The notes below the pieces were generated by a model, which did not search any database, had not been told where the DNA came from, and was given only the letters and a program-made list of their open reading frames with translations. The position numbers and the translations under genes are program-made. Of a DNA stretch of 64,000 bases, positions 1 through 12,687 are shown piece after piece. The DNA lies in contig CM052816.1 of the NCBI GenBank assembly GCA_028534125.1, positions 41,790,001 through 41,854,000 on the forward strand, in the 5' to 3' direction. The stretch is from Lama glama (lineage: Eukaryota). The first letter of the stretch is position 1; each line of letters starts with the position of its first letter.

Positions 1-1030
1 AATTAAGAGTAGAGACTGATCTGATGATGCCTGCTTTGCCTTTCTGGCCTAGAGGGTGGGCATATCCCTTTTCTGTAGAATTTTCTAAGATAAAGTGAGT
101 AAAAGTGATATAGACCACTACAAAAAACTTACAGAGGGAGCACATTTTTAAAAATATGGTATCATTTTGCAAAAGGAATAAAGAATATATTTTGGGAAAA
201 CAAAATCCAATTAATTGCCTTTAAAGCTGCCACCTGGGCTCCTTGCCTTCACTCTTTGTGGACATCCCTGCTCTATTTTCTGAGACATTTGGCTAAGAAT
301 TTCTATCCTGATGTTTGGAACCTCCCAATAGATACCTTCATAAGCTGTGTGTTGGGGGTGGTAGAAGAAATAGATGGAAATGTCTACTCTTCTTATTGCG
401 GTAAAATCTTCTAGTAACAAATGGAACTGTGACAGATATCAAATGAGCATAGAGTTGGAAAAATATTGTAAAAAGGACTAATTCTCAACTCTAGGTGTTG
501 TATGACAAAGTAAGGATAATTAAAAACCTACCCCCACCATCTCCAGGTAATCTGTAACCCCTGCCTTCTCCCCAAATTATTCTCATAGGTTATTCCATGA
601 CCAGCTTCAAAAGTAGAGACTACAGTTGTAATCCATGAGCTTCATTATCAGATATCTAGTTATATGGGTGTAATTTCTGTTCAGTTCTGGTCCTAATGAA
701 GTTTCTCTTTGCCTCTTTTTAGTTGTTTAGGGATGTTTGTGGAGTAGCAAGGAGTAATATGTAACTGATACCTTTTTCCTTAAAGTGTTCTATGTTTTTA
801 TGAATGGCTTTGGCTGAATTAGTCTGCCTCCTGAAGACAGGCAAGACCATTTCTGACTTGTGCTCCTCTCCCACACCCAGACCGTTGTAGCGTTTCCATT
901 CCACAAGAGTGAGAACTCGGGGGTCGGAACTCAGAACTGAAGCCCAAGTCACCAGACAATTGAGTTAAAGTGCCTATTGCCTTAAAAAAAATCTTTTATC
1001 CTCCTTTACCTCTTCACAGTTAAATGGTGA

Positions 1031-1111
1031 TGTTATGATCTGAATTGTGCCCACCCTCATCCCAAGTGCCTACATTGAGGTCCTAACCCCTAGCACCTCA
1101 GAAGGTAACTA
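1031..1111 (+). mobile_element. MaLR solo LTR (MLT1B-like), 5' part
   Basis: Begins TGTTATGATCTGAATTGTG...GTCCTAACCCCTAGCACCTCAGAAGGTAACT, matching the remembered MLT1B 5' end; it continues after the MER44 insertion. Confidence 0.8.
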
Positions 1112-1939
1112 GAGTCGTCTTTCCTTATCCCCAGTTTCTCTTACAGGGTTTCAGTTAGCCACTGTCAACTGGGGTCTGAAAATATTCAATGGAAAATTCC
1201 AGAAATAAACAGTTAATATGTTTTAAATTGTGCAAAGTTCTGAGTAGCCGGATGAAGTCTCATGCAGTCTCACTCTGTCCCTCAGGGATGTGAATCACTT
1301 GTCCAGCATGTCCTGCATCTCCTGTTAGTCACTTAGCTGCAGTCTTGGTTATCAGATGACCACTGTGTATCACAGCACTTGTGTTCAAGAAACCCTTATT
1401 TTACTTACAGTGGCCCCAAAGCACAAGAGTAGTGATGCTGGCAATTTGGATATGTCAAAAAGAAGCCATAAATGCTTCCCGAAGTGGAAAACGTGAAAGT
1501 ATTTGAGTTAAAAGAAGGAAAAAAAATTGCTGAGGTTGCTAAGCTCTATGGTAAGGACCAATATTCTTTCTATGAAATTATGAAGAAAGAAAAAGGAAAT
1601 CATGCTTGTTTTGCTGTCACACCTCAAACTGCAAGAGTTATGACCATTTATAAGTGCTTAGTTAAGATGGAAAAGGCGTTAAGTTTAAATTTGTACAATA
1701 AGATATTTTGAGAGAGAGAACACATTCACATAAGTTTTATTATAGTACATTTTATAATTGTTCTATTTTATTATTAGTTGCTGTTAATCTCTTACTGTGC
1801 GTAATTAGTAAATTAAACTTTATCACGGGTGTGTGTGTATAGGAAAAGACACAGCATATATAGCATTTGGTATCTGTGATTTTGGGCAATCCACTGGGGG
1901 TCTTGGAATGTTTCACCTACTGTTAAGAGGGAATTATTA
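1112..1939 (+). mobile_element. MER44-family (Tigger7-derived) TcMar DNA transposon fossil
   Basis: Degenerate TIRs (GAGTCGTCTTTCCTTATCC ... GTTAAGAGGGAATTATTA), TA on both sides (1110-1111, 1940-1941), MER44-like terminal segment ATCCACTGGGGGTCTTGGAA, and an internal transposase remnant. Confidence 0.85.
1472..1711 (+). pseudogene. Remnant of Tigger7/pogo-type transposase N-terminus (CENP-B-like HTH region)
   Basis: The ORF reads VKVFELKEGKKIAEVAKLYGK...EIMKKEK...FAVTPQTA...KCLVKMEKAL, resembling the Tigger transposase DNA-binding N-terminus. It lies inside MER44 and has no DDE domain. Confidence 0.8.
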
Positions 1940-2251
1940 TATATTTGGCAATTGGGCCTTTAAAGAGATAATTCAGATGAAGTGAGGGCATTAGAGTGGG
2001 CCCTAATCCAGTATGACCAGTGTCTTTATAAAAAGAGATTAGGAAACGAGGACATACATAAGAAAGACAAGGTGGATATAGAAGGAGAAGACAGCCTTCT
2101 ACAAACCAAGGAAAATGGCCTCAGAAGACATCAGCCCTGCTGACACCCTGATATCTGATTTCTAGCTTCCAGAATTGAGGGGAAATAAATTTGTTATTTC
2201 AGCCACCAGGTCTGTGGTTCTTTGTTATGGCAGCCCTAGCAAACTAATGTA
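1940..2251 (+). mobile_element. MaLR solo LTR (MLT1B-like), 3' part
   Basis: TATTTGG...GGGCCCTAATCCAGTATGAC...CCCTGCTGACACCCTGAT...TTTGTTATGGCAGCCCTAGCAAACTAAT, a typical MLT1B body and 3' end. Confidence 0.85.
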
Positions 2252-3144
2252 ACGCTGACTTCAAAGACTGTTTTGTGGAATAAATGATACTGGCATGTTG
2301 GTTAGCTGTCAGGTGTGAAGTGGGTGTTAGTTACTGCTGTAGCCACTAACTTTTCTTTCTGCAGCACATGGTCTACCTGTCTCCCTTTATCTCCTTTCTT
2401 GTCCCACTCTCCAATTTTGCCCTTAACATAGAACCTGCCTTCTAAAGACAAGATGATTTAAATCAAAAGGGATTAGGTATTTCTCGCATTGTATTTGTGT
2501 GTTTGTTTATTTGTTTACTAACATTTTAAATAAAGATCTTCAAGTGTCCCTTTCCTTTTTGAGAGGTCAAATCCAAAGTAAAGTCCTAGATGTAAGTGTG
2601 CTCCCGGGTCTGGTGAATCCTCTCTGAATTGCATCTGTTCATTCATACTAAAACAGAAATATGAGAAAGAGGACAGATTGATGTTTTCAGGGGCAATCCC
2701 CTGATAGTCTTTTTCTCTTTTGCTGAAGGACCATTTTTCTTGTTAGCTATCCTTAATAAAAGCTCTCATTTTATTCAATAGACTGTGCTAATATTACCCT
2801 GAGAGTTTAGTTAGTATTTATATAGCAGAGTTTCCCTAGAAGCTCAAAGCACTATATAAATATTGTCTCATTAAAAACTCATATATCCCTATGAATTAGG
2901 TTGGTGGGTGCTGTGATTTCCCTGATGTGCAGTTGGAGAAACAGAGGCTGAGTGGTTTTTGCAAATTCAGAAAAGCTGGGAGGGAAATGCAGAAAAGCAG
3001 CACCTTCTCAGATTTGGTGATAAAGCCTCAGGCCAACTCCCCAGATTTTCACAAACTGAAAGGCATTGGGTGCAAAACCACCAGCCTACGTTTTGATGAG
3101 TAATTAAAACATTGTAAACATTAGAGCATTGCTTTTCTCTGCAG

Positions 3145-3167
3145 ACTGGAGCCCTGTGTTTTAACAG
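3145..3167 (+). other. Candidate 23-nt microexon (host unknown)
   Basis: ttgcttttctctgcag|ACTGGAGCCCTGTGTTTTAACAG|gtgagg; splice signals only. Confidence 0.3.
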
Positions 3168-3204
3168 GTGAGGGCTGAAAAGTACCTTACAAGTAGGACT
3201 TCGG

Positions 3205-3350
3205 CTTTTCTGCTTTTCTTTCTTTTCTCTTCTTTTCCCTTCCTTCCTGCCTTCCTGCCTTCCTCCCTCCCTCCCTCCGTCCCTCCCTTCCTTCCTTCCC
3301 TCCCTCCCTCTGTCCTTTCTTTCTTTCTTTTCTTCTCTTTTTTCTTTCTT
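3205..3350. repeat. Compound pyrimidine-rich simple repeat (TTTC/CTTC/CCCT)n
   Basis: Directly visible, about 145 bp of almost pure C/T. It generates the spurious ORFs at 3161-3415. Confidence 0.95.
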
Positions 3351-3936
3351 TGCTGAGCTTTATACAGATCACTTTGGATAGTCTCATTTCTGAATCTCTT
3401 GAGTAATCTTTTCATAGTAGTAACTACAAGGTCCTACCACAACCTTTCAATTTACTGATGGTTTTGTTCTGCTTTAATCAACAATCTCCTAATTCAAGGG
3501 TATTATTCTACATTTTTTTTTTTACCCTTTTATTGCATTGGACTTCCTCTGTCTTGGTATTTATTCCTCTGCAAATCCTGCGTGGGTTAGTTACATGGCT
3601 ACAAAAACTAATAAATAGGCTTATCAAATTAATTGCTAATAAAAATTGCTTAATAAAATCTACATAAGTAGCAATGCAGAATACCATAAAGCTGTACCGT
3701 AGATCAACTGACAACAGAGATCAAGCGTGAAGGGACTGTCACTGTTAAGGTTGCTTCTTCCCTAGTAATGAACTGGTTAATGGAACCAGTAGAGGAGATG
3801 GTATGCAAAAACAGTCCAAGTCTAAGAAAGAAGCCAGAGGGGAACCAAGACACTGCAGGTGGATTTCCTGCTTATGGGTCAGGGCTGAATTGAAATTGTG
3901 ACTGCAGGACTGACAGGTTTTTATTATAATACTCAC

Positions 3937-4083
3937 CTCCCTCTGAAATCTGGTGAACAGCTTCCCTACTGATTCAGATAATGCCCATTGCTGAACATCT
4001 GCAGTTAGAGAAAGGACTATTACTTTTGGCTGAAAGCTTTCTGATAGAGGAAAGTTCATTAGAAAAGAAGCAGCAGCCTTCAC
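3937..4083 (-). other. Candidate minus-strand exon (147 nt, or 62 nt from an inner acceptor)
   Basis: Donor GAG|gtgagt at 3937/3936. Acceptors tcccatttcactgcag| (4084) and tcctttctctaactgcag| (3999). The frame is open through both. Confidence 0.3.
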
Positions 4084-5149
4084 CTGCAGTGAAATGGGAA
4101 TATGCCACGGATTTTTAATTCAGCATTTTCATAGCACAGCATTTTCAAGCGTACCTTGTTTCTTGAAAGGTTTTGAGATTTATCCCATGGAAGGCAGTAT
4201 TTCTGAGGTCTTGTGTTCTTTTGCAATATAAAAATACTTCTCCTTCTGTCTTTTCTTATAAATTAAGGAAGCCTAATTCTTTTGTGCTGTTATCAGATTC
4301 AAGATTATAACAGCATAATTTCCTTTCAGAAAGTTTTTTTAAACAAAGTTATTAATTCCTTATATTGATGATTAAAAAAAAAACAGAGGATAGAACAAGA
4401 GGGTTTTATCCTCTAACAAGTAATGTTGCACTTTCTCAAGAGGCATATGCTATAAAAGAATTTGTTAAGGAGAGGCTGCAAAGAATGCATACATTTAAAT
4501 TAATCAAGTGTAGGCTTTCACATGAGAGTGAAATCCCATCTGCAACGAGCTTTTAAGAGACACAAGTCAGAAAGTGTATACTGTTACAATTCCCAAAAAA
4601 TTTTCATGAGAAAATTCAAAATTTATTTAACAGATTTTATGTTAAAAGCATGATTCTAGGTATTTCTCAAGATTAAAGTATTTTAAAGTCCTACAAAGCC
4701 CAGCTTACTCTATTCTCTAGTGCTTATTTAATTTGTCCAAAGATATTATCTCCTGTCAGGCAATAACATCTCTTCCCATAGATGATCTTTTTATCTTTTG
4801 CATGAAAGAAAAATTGAGAAGAACTTTTGCACTGTTGACAGAAGTAGGGGAGTGACAAATTTGAGGAAAATCCAGAGACAAGATCTGGCACAGCTGGTAA
4901 GCCAGTTCAGGGACCAACAGAAATGGCAGAGCAGGGGAGGCACTTTGATTGGCTTCCCTGTATCGTATGCTCACTCCATGTTACAAAAGAGTCAGCCTAT
5001 CCAGTAGGGTTCTACCAGGCAAATGTGCCAGGGAAGAGAAGCAAGAAAGTCAGGGCCTGGGGGTCTGAGGAAGCTCAGTAATCATTTGTTACTCTCACAG
5101 GTGCACTGGCCTTTCTCAACATAAGAAGGTTCCTATAACCTGGATAGCT

Positions 5150-5225
5150 TATCTGTTTATGGTCCTTACTGTGTGCTAGACATGTTCTAAGCACTTTATA
5201 TATATTAGCTCCTTTAATCTAATGA
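5150..5225 (-). mobile_element. MIR fragment
   Basis: TTACTGTGTGCTAGACATGTTCTAAGCACTTTATATATATTAGCTCCTTTAATC resembles the antisense MIR 3' region. Confidence 0.65.
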
Positions 5226-6072
5226 TGAGAATGGGTCCTCAGTTCTTTTCACTCCCACCTTACATACATACACCTATAAACACACATATACATAAGTATT
5301 ATGCATATATATTATGTATATACACATATTAGCTTTCGATTTTTAATCAAAATAATGTGTATGTTATCTGTATATATTATTATATGTGTACATACTATCT
5401 TTAGATTAAAAAGAAATCAACCACATTTACATCTCATCTCCTCTGACAGCCCTTCTTTGTGAAACCCCACAGTGGTGGCTCCTGCAATGCCACTGATACA
5501 GGGACTCCCCAGGTCATGTCCGTTTACAGTCATGTTAGAGTTTTGTTCTTGTTACTTGACTGCATTTTAAACTATTTGAAGGTGGGGATAATTACAGACA
5601 TATTTCGGTGTACCAGGTAGCTCATACAGACTTGACACAGGGTATATGCTCATCTGTTTGCTGAGGAGTGAGGATCTGACTGGAGCTTTCAGAAAGGAGT
5701 GGAATTGTGGTTGGCAGAGTTGAAGGGAATTGTTTATTTCCAAGATCATAATTTATATTTTCCTCTGTCAAAGCAAGATCTCTTCTCCAGACTAAAATTC
5801 CAATCACAACTGTAGATATAAATATAGCTAGAAACTGGAAAGTGAGATTATATAGATAATTAGACATTTATTCAGAGAGTGAATGACTGTACTGACTTTC
5901 CCCCATGAAACTGGCTTTATTCATCTTTATTTATAATTTAAAACTAACTTATATTGCTTTTATAAAAATATTACTTACTTCCTTTACTTGTAACTTTAAA
6001 AAGTGAATTCCACTGATTCAGTGTAATCATAAATGACTCGTAGATCAATTGAACAAAAAGGGCTTTGAGTGT

Positions 6073-6160
6073 CCTCCATTTTGCAAATGAGGAAACTGAA
6101 ACCAAGATACTTTAAATGATTGGGCCAAAGTCACACATTTGGTTGCTAGCAGATCCAGGA
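6073..6160 (-). mobile_element. MIR core fragment
   Basis: CCATTTTGCAAATGAGGAAACTGA...GCCAAAGTCACACA is the MIR core motif. Confidence 0.8.
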
Positions 6161-8789
6161 ATGTTGATTTAGAATATATATTTTATTCAATAAAGATTCA
6201 GGCCTAGCAATTACCTTCTGGATAAGAACTCAATATGTATTTGTTGGGTGAATAAATTATTCTTGTTGGGCACTGATGGATCAGAACAGAAGCTGGCCTG
6301 AATAACTGATGTGGCCACAGTGGTGCATATGGACTATATGTCAGTGCTGAGAGCCCATTTGATGGGCACACATCAAATGAGGCAGATGCTCAGGGCTCAG
6401 GGTTCATTTAATTCAACCCTCTCTTTTTATAGATGTGTCCCAGGCCACACGTTCAAATCAAGAAGTAGACATCAGGTTGTAAGTTCCTGGTGGTCAGTGC
6501 TTTCTGCTACCTCATGTCTTAATGTGTGGATAGAAATGAAGTGAGGCTATAGTAAACAAAATAATTTGATTGATAACAACTAAATGGCTGAATAACGAGG
6601 CAGCAGCAAGTTAGTCTTATAGGTAGAATAACTGAAAGGGTAACCTAAACCATGAGCAGAAAAAGAGTGAAGATGAAACTCAAATAAGAAAATAAGAGAT
6701 CAAGAAGTTACAGAGATCGTGAAAGTCTATAACTAAAATCCATCATTTAAAATTATAGATAATGGAATCCTTAAAACTCTTCCTAGAATGGGTTGCTTCA
6801 CATTCAAACTAGGACAAACATAAGGAAGGAGAATGTAATAGTTGTAATTGACTTGTCAGCCAGTATCTTCAATCATATTTTTTTGGTTTCAGCATTCTAA
6901 TACCTCTGTAGAATCCCAAACCGCGGATGCCTGGAGTAGCAGAGTCCTTGGCAATGAGATAAAAGACATTCTGTGAAGAGAGTTATGCCACTATTTGAAA
7001 CCTTTTCCTTTAAGTTTTGAAATGTTACCCCACGAAGATAAATAGGATGAGGATTGAATACCCTAACCCAATTATGAACCAGAGTAGTCCTGAAAGGGGG
7101 TCACTTTTATCCTCATTTATCACAGCAGAAATTCAATAAGTTCTATGTGAAAGTTAATACACCTGGAATTAATGGTGTAAGATTTTTTTTTAAGAGTTAT
7201 AGATTATCAACGTTACAACTGAAACCAAAACAATTAGCGGAATTAAAATGGTTTTTCCTTTGCCAGCAGAAATAGGGAAAGAAAAAGTATGACAATTATT
7301 CATCACCTTTCAAAGTTTTTCTCTACTAGTTTTCACTTTTGTTTTGAGCCTTGTGTACACTTTACTTTTATAAACTTTTTTAATATAAAAGAAGAGGAAT
7401 TACTTTTTTTCTTTTTTTGGCCAGGGGGCTGGAGGTGGGAAATGTCCTGCTAGGAGCCAGAAATTTGAATGAAATGGAGAGTTTCTTCAAAGGACATGTC
7501 CGTAGTCTCCAGTCTTTTTTTAAAATGAATGGGTGGTGTCAACCAATCAAATTAAGATATGTTTGGCTACTTTCCCAATGCGTCCCCTTTCTCTCTAGAG
7601 CTACTTAGTGACTCATCCTTTCAATAAGGATTTAGCAGAGATGTGATGAGTGAAAAATTCTGTAATGTACCCCAAAACCAAATCCAACTGTTTTTTTAGT
7701 CACAATTTGTTTTACCACTCCCTCAATTTATATAAATAATGACTAAGTTGCATTTTCAAATTTCTTAATATTATACTAAATAAATGCAACTATATAATAC
7801 ATATTTGAGAATCCACTGATGTTCGCTAAGAAGGAAAAGTAGCTCCCAATACACTTCTTACCTTTTTTAATCTTCCACATTATTAGGCACTCTAAGTGTA
7901 TTTGCCAGTCAGTATGCCTGTGTTATAAATCATATGAATGGGTATACCCATTGACCACCCAGGACACAGTAATGTTATTGATCATCCACACTTTCACACC
8001 TAGGCAATTATTGCTGAAATAATCAGACCTTCTGAAATCTGAGCCATATGCCACCAACTCATAAATCAAAGCTGGAGCTTAGTGAAAGCTTGAGTGGCTC
8101 TGTACACTGAGACAGGATGCAGATTTCTTTTGCTCCATTACTCTTTGTGAACCCTGGGGAGGAATACCTTTACTGTGAATCCTCTCATTGTCTGTATCCC
8201 AAGAAGCCCAGCTATGGTTTGACAGGCACTCTGTTAGTGGAAGGCAGTGTGATTCAGACAAAGGAGAGACTGACAGCCTCACTCTGGAGTGCATGAATAT
8301 TTAAAACAGTGTTAACGTTGCACATGACTGGTAAATAGTGATTTGTCATGCTCAGACTGAATGAATTTTGCATTTATTTTGCTTTTGTATTTTGAAGGTC
8401 TAAATAAAGGAAAAAAGAGTCCTTTGCCCTTTTAAGCATGTCGTTTTCACTACAAAACCATCTGTACCTTGTTTCGTTCAGTCAATTGACAAAAATTAAT
8501 GATTTATACTAAAAAAAGATTGCATGTGAATCTTTAATTTCTGATTTCATATTGTAGTTTCTAAGTGCGTGAGCTGGGCTTACAATTACCAAGCTTTCTA
8601 TTTCCTAATTTTAGGGCCTTTTACAGATAATTTATCCATATTTGAACTTTATTTCCTCAGCTCTAAAATAAGGGCTTGTGTCAAAACAGAGGGCATGTTT
8701 TATTTGACTAGCACTTCATTATCAAGATAGATCTTAAAACTAATAATAATTAGGTTTTTTGATGTTTAGAGAACAGATGATTTTTTTCC

Positions 8790-9080
8790 TAATAATAATT
8801 CATATTTTTGGTATCTTTTGGAAAAAATTGTAAGATCTAGGAACCAAGACACTGGGACCAATGCTCATTTGAAGGCAAGAAGCCGCTGCACCATTTAGGT
8901 GATGGTGTGCGCTCTCCAGTGTGCCACAGTTCTCATGCTCCTTATTAGATTTCTCTAGCATTGAGACTTACTAATGGTTGCCATTTATGCAGCCCTTACA
9001 CTACAGTATCCTGCAGCTGACCTGCTTTGCTCATTTATATTTCCTATCTTGTCTTTTGAGCATGTGTTTGCAACCTCTGG
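8790..9080. mobile_element. MER102-like hAT-Charlie fossil
   Basis: AAGATCTAGG..ACACTGGGACC..GCGCTCTCCAGTGTGCCACAGT and terminal GCATGTGTTTGCAACCTCTG resemble MER102 as I remember it. Confidence 0.6.
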
Positions 9081-9244
9081 TGCCTAAACTCTTAAAGCAT
9101 TATGATAAAATGGTTTTATTTTTTGAGAAGGGTCAAGAATAATTTAGCTCTACAGCAAGACCCTTTGTTAAATCCTAAGCTGTTTTTTAAATTTCTAAAA
9201 GACACGTTATGTTTGGTGGTTTGCAGTAATCATACGTGAAGGAG

Positions 9245-9612
9245 ACATGGGCTAGAGTCCACCTAGTTTCTAGATGCTGCCTGTAGTTTCTTGTTCCATG
9301 GACTTCAGTATAGCTGCTTACCACACCAAGTAAGCAAGGAGTCTCTTCCTCTGGTCTGTTCAAATGGAATCTTATAAATTAACCTAATCATGGGAATGAC
9401 ATGCTATCACCTTTGCATAGTCTATTTAACAATTGTTTTTCCTTTTTCAGTTTTATTAGGTAGAATTATTACAGTTCAACTGCACACGTACATTATATTG
9501 CATGTAATTGATTGGAAGCAAGTCACAGGACCCACTTGCATTCAAGAGGAGGGGACTGTACAGAGGTGTAAACATGAGGAGATGAGAATCATTGAGGTCA
9601 CATGAGGGTGTC
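9245..9612 (-). mobile_element. MaLR LTR (MLT1E/F-like), interrupted by a short T-rich insert at about 9428-9510
   Basis: AACCTAATCATGGGAATGACATGCTATCACCTTTGC ... GAAGCAAGTCACAGG...TTCAAGAGGAGGGGA...GAATCATTGAGGTCA. The insert resembles an antisense L1M 3' end (TTTTATTAGGTAGAATT). Confidence 0.6.
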
Positions 9613-12321
9613 TCTTCTTCATATTGTGAAATATTTTTTACTTCAGTAAACATTTATTTACCACTTTCGGCATATAGCCTTTATTCACTTAATGAAAAAG
9701 AAAGAAAACTATAATCATAAGTACTTTCAAAAAGATATAGTTGAAAAGATTCAGCTCCTACTTTCTAGAAAGTTAGAGTTTAATGTGAAAGCCAGATCAG
9801 TAAATTTATAGTTCTATTTATATTCAAAAAAGTATTCAAAATATGTTTAGAATGTGCTTCTGAGACTCTCTTAGATTAAAATATGTACCTTAGACCATAT
9901 TTACCTGTGACAGTGGACTTAATTTTTTCAACAATTTATTTAAATGTATTTGGTTCTTTTGCTTAGCTCTCAGTTTGCCAGAAAAATGGATTTGATGATT
10001 GTTGTAGATGGTGGCTTTCATTCTCCACTTGACTTTACTAATGTAAGTATGTTATAAAACCAGCAAGGAGAATAGTCAATGCTAAGCACAGAATAGGTCA
10101 TCAATATCAATATGGGTTATTAAAAACTTTGCTTATCTTGTCCTTTATGGAGCAGGAAGACTGTCAGTGGAGAAAGCATGTTAGAGATTCTTCATAGTTA
10201 TTTGTAAATGCTTTAACATGACACTGAGTTTCTCATGGTGGATTGTCTATAGAAAAGTTATTATACTATGTATCAAAAATGATATGTCTTACTGCCTTAC
10301 TTGATCATACCCCTCCCTAACACATCTTACTCTGTTCCCACCCATCCCCACCCCACCTTCGGGGAAAAAAATCACATTCCAAGTGCTGACACAAATTTCT
10401 ACAAATCAGATTGCAGTCAAAGACTTTAATTGCAACAATTCTTAAAAGACGCAAACACATGGAACACATGGGACTATATATAGTCTCTACTTGGTGTGAT
10501 TGATAGCAAAACCTCGCTGGGCACTGAGACCTGTGATCACTGCAGAGACAGCATGTGTTCCCTAATTAGGAGAAAAAAGTGCTTTTCACTGTTTCATTTT
10601 GACATTTTTAGCAGAGAGAATAATGGAGCATTGTTCATATTGCACTAAAAATTATCCACTAAAATTTATCCTGTAAATTCCTCTCTTAGAGACGAGTTTC
10701 TATATATTCTAAGTTCCTGTCAGTATATGTGTATGTGTAAATAGCAAATTAAAGAATGTCTTATCTGTGGATGGGCCTCTATTCCCTTATTTGCTGAAAA
10801 TAAAGCCATAGCATTTGTCCAGTTTTTTTTTTTGTATTTCCTTCAGAGAGGAAAATGTGACCGTATTTGCCTTTTTTACATTTATATTTCACAAATCAGA
10901 CATTCTAATTTAAATTGGTTGCTGAAATCAATTTTTGATGTAAGTTGTTGCCAGCCAGTTCTCTTTGGCTTTGAGTGGACTGCTCGTTTTTATCTGAGTT
11001 CTGACATTAAAAAAGAAAAATACTCAATTGGCATATTTTTATTTTCATTTATTAATGATCTGCAGGATATTTAGACTTGGTGAATAAATGGGTTTTATCC
11101 CTATTTTACAGAGGAAAATAAGACTTAGGATGTTAATGGTCCTGCCTAGTTCCTCTTGGTGACTAGCACCTGGGATGAATAAAAAGGAGAGGCATGAATA
11201 TGAATGTGTTGATTATGACAGTGAAGGAATCAGGAGTTTTTATTTTATTGCATCAGATATTCCACTTGCACACACATGTGGATACAGTAGATTATTATTA
11301 TAGATTCACAGTTTGCATTTGCAACTGGGAGAATACTGTATGTAAATAAGGCCATACATATGCAGTCCATTTCAAATCATCTAAGAGCTGACTGACTGAA
11401 TTTTCTGAGTATAGGCTTTTCCTCCGGTCATTTCATCAGACTCCATCAGGCAACTGCTTCATTTGCAGGTATCTCCTCATTTAAAATTCCCCATTAATCT
11501 TTGTTGGGCCTCCATTATGAAATAATGAGGTGTCAGTTGTCTGTTCCAGAATTATCTTCCAAATATTTTTGCCTCTGTTGGGCAGCAGTGTCAAATGTAT
11601 TAGTGTGTCAAATGTGAATGCACTGTTGGTAATGGTGCTTTAAGTGAAATTTCAAGGATATAATGACTAAAGAGAGGTTTCTGTGATGAGAGTTATTTTC
11701 TGCATGCCAAAATGCTTTTTAATGGTCAGGTTCTTGCCTGATTTCATTTCCAGCATGCTATGGCATCAAGGATTTTAGAGTCTGTTGTAAAGATGTATAG
11801 GAATGAGGCAAAAACAACTGAAAGGAAGTACTAATAAATTTCATGTGTAAGTGCCCGGATGAGCCAGCAGCTTAGAATAGGAAAAGTATCAGTTGGCTTA
11901 GGCTGGGTTACTCTCCAAAGTGAAAGTGCATTCAGATGATTTCTTTCCATGAGAGATTTGCTTCTGGCAGGAATGTCATAACCTGTGTATCTCACAACCC
12001 TGCACTTTATAATCAAGCGGATCAACTTGAATTGCTTAGTCCTCATTATATGTATCCTGTGGGTTAAAAGCTGAATAACACACAATATTTGCTCTTGGGA
12101 AGTTTATAGCCTGGTGGACCTTACCATCAAAAGAGTAAACCAATAAACATACAACCAAGAGAAACTTGGAAAAGATGCTAACTGAGCACTAAGTGTGGAA
12201 CTATTAGATAACAAAGATCTATTTTTTCAAAGTCAACTGAGCTGAGCTGTAGTCTGGCTGAAAAAAAAAGCTGTGACATCTCAGAGAAAGAGAGGATCAA
12301 CACAGTAATTATTATAATAAC

Positions 12322-12683
12322 TGTCATGAGTTGAGTTACCAAGAAGCAGCGCCTGAGAAAGGTAATCTATTGAGAGTGTTTTCAGAAGAAACCTGGAAAG
12401 CAGGTGAAGGAAGCAGGAAAGGGTTGGGGAAGAAATCAGGTAAATATGTGGTCTCGGCTTGATGCTGCAGGGAGCTCTAGGGTGTGATTGGCACGACTGA
12501 GTTTTCACACTTTGGGGTGTGTCAGGCTTGTGTATCCCATATTGGCTGCAAGATGTAGCGTATCTTGGTGAGTTGGCTCCTGTCCCCTGAAGGCAATTTT
12601 CTGGAGAGGCACAGCTATGAGTTATTTGCAGCTCACTGTGACAGCAAATCAGGGATGGGTGTGTATGTGGGCCTGGTGCAACA
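12322..12683 (-). mobile_element. ERVL solo LTR (LTR16B-like)
   Basis: TGTCATGAGTTGAGTTACCAAGAAGCAG..CCTGAGA...GAAGGAAGCAGGA...CAGGGAGCTCT... matches antisense LTR16-family sequence. Confidence 0.7.
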
Positions 12684-12687
12684 AGGA

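Noticed and set aside
719..952. 77-aa minus ORF over a mildly CpG-containing patch
   Set aside because: No recognisable homology, non-ATG start and only weak splice signals.
3161..3415. Lys/Arg/Glu-rich and Phe/Leu/Pro-rich ORFs
   Set aside because: Translations of the simple-repeat tract.
7937..7952. Perfect 16-bp palindrome AATGGGTATACCCATT
   Set aside because: About one such palindrome is expected by chance in 64 kb (64000/4^8).
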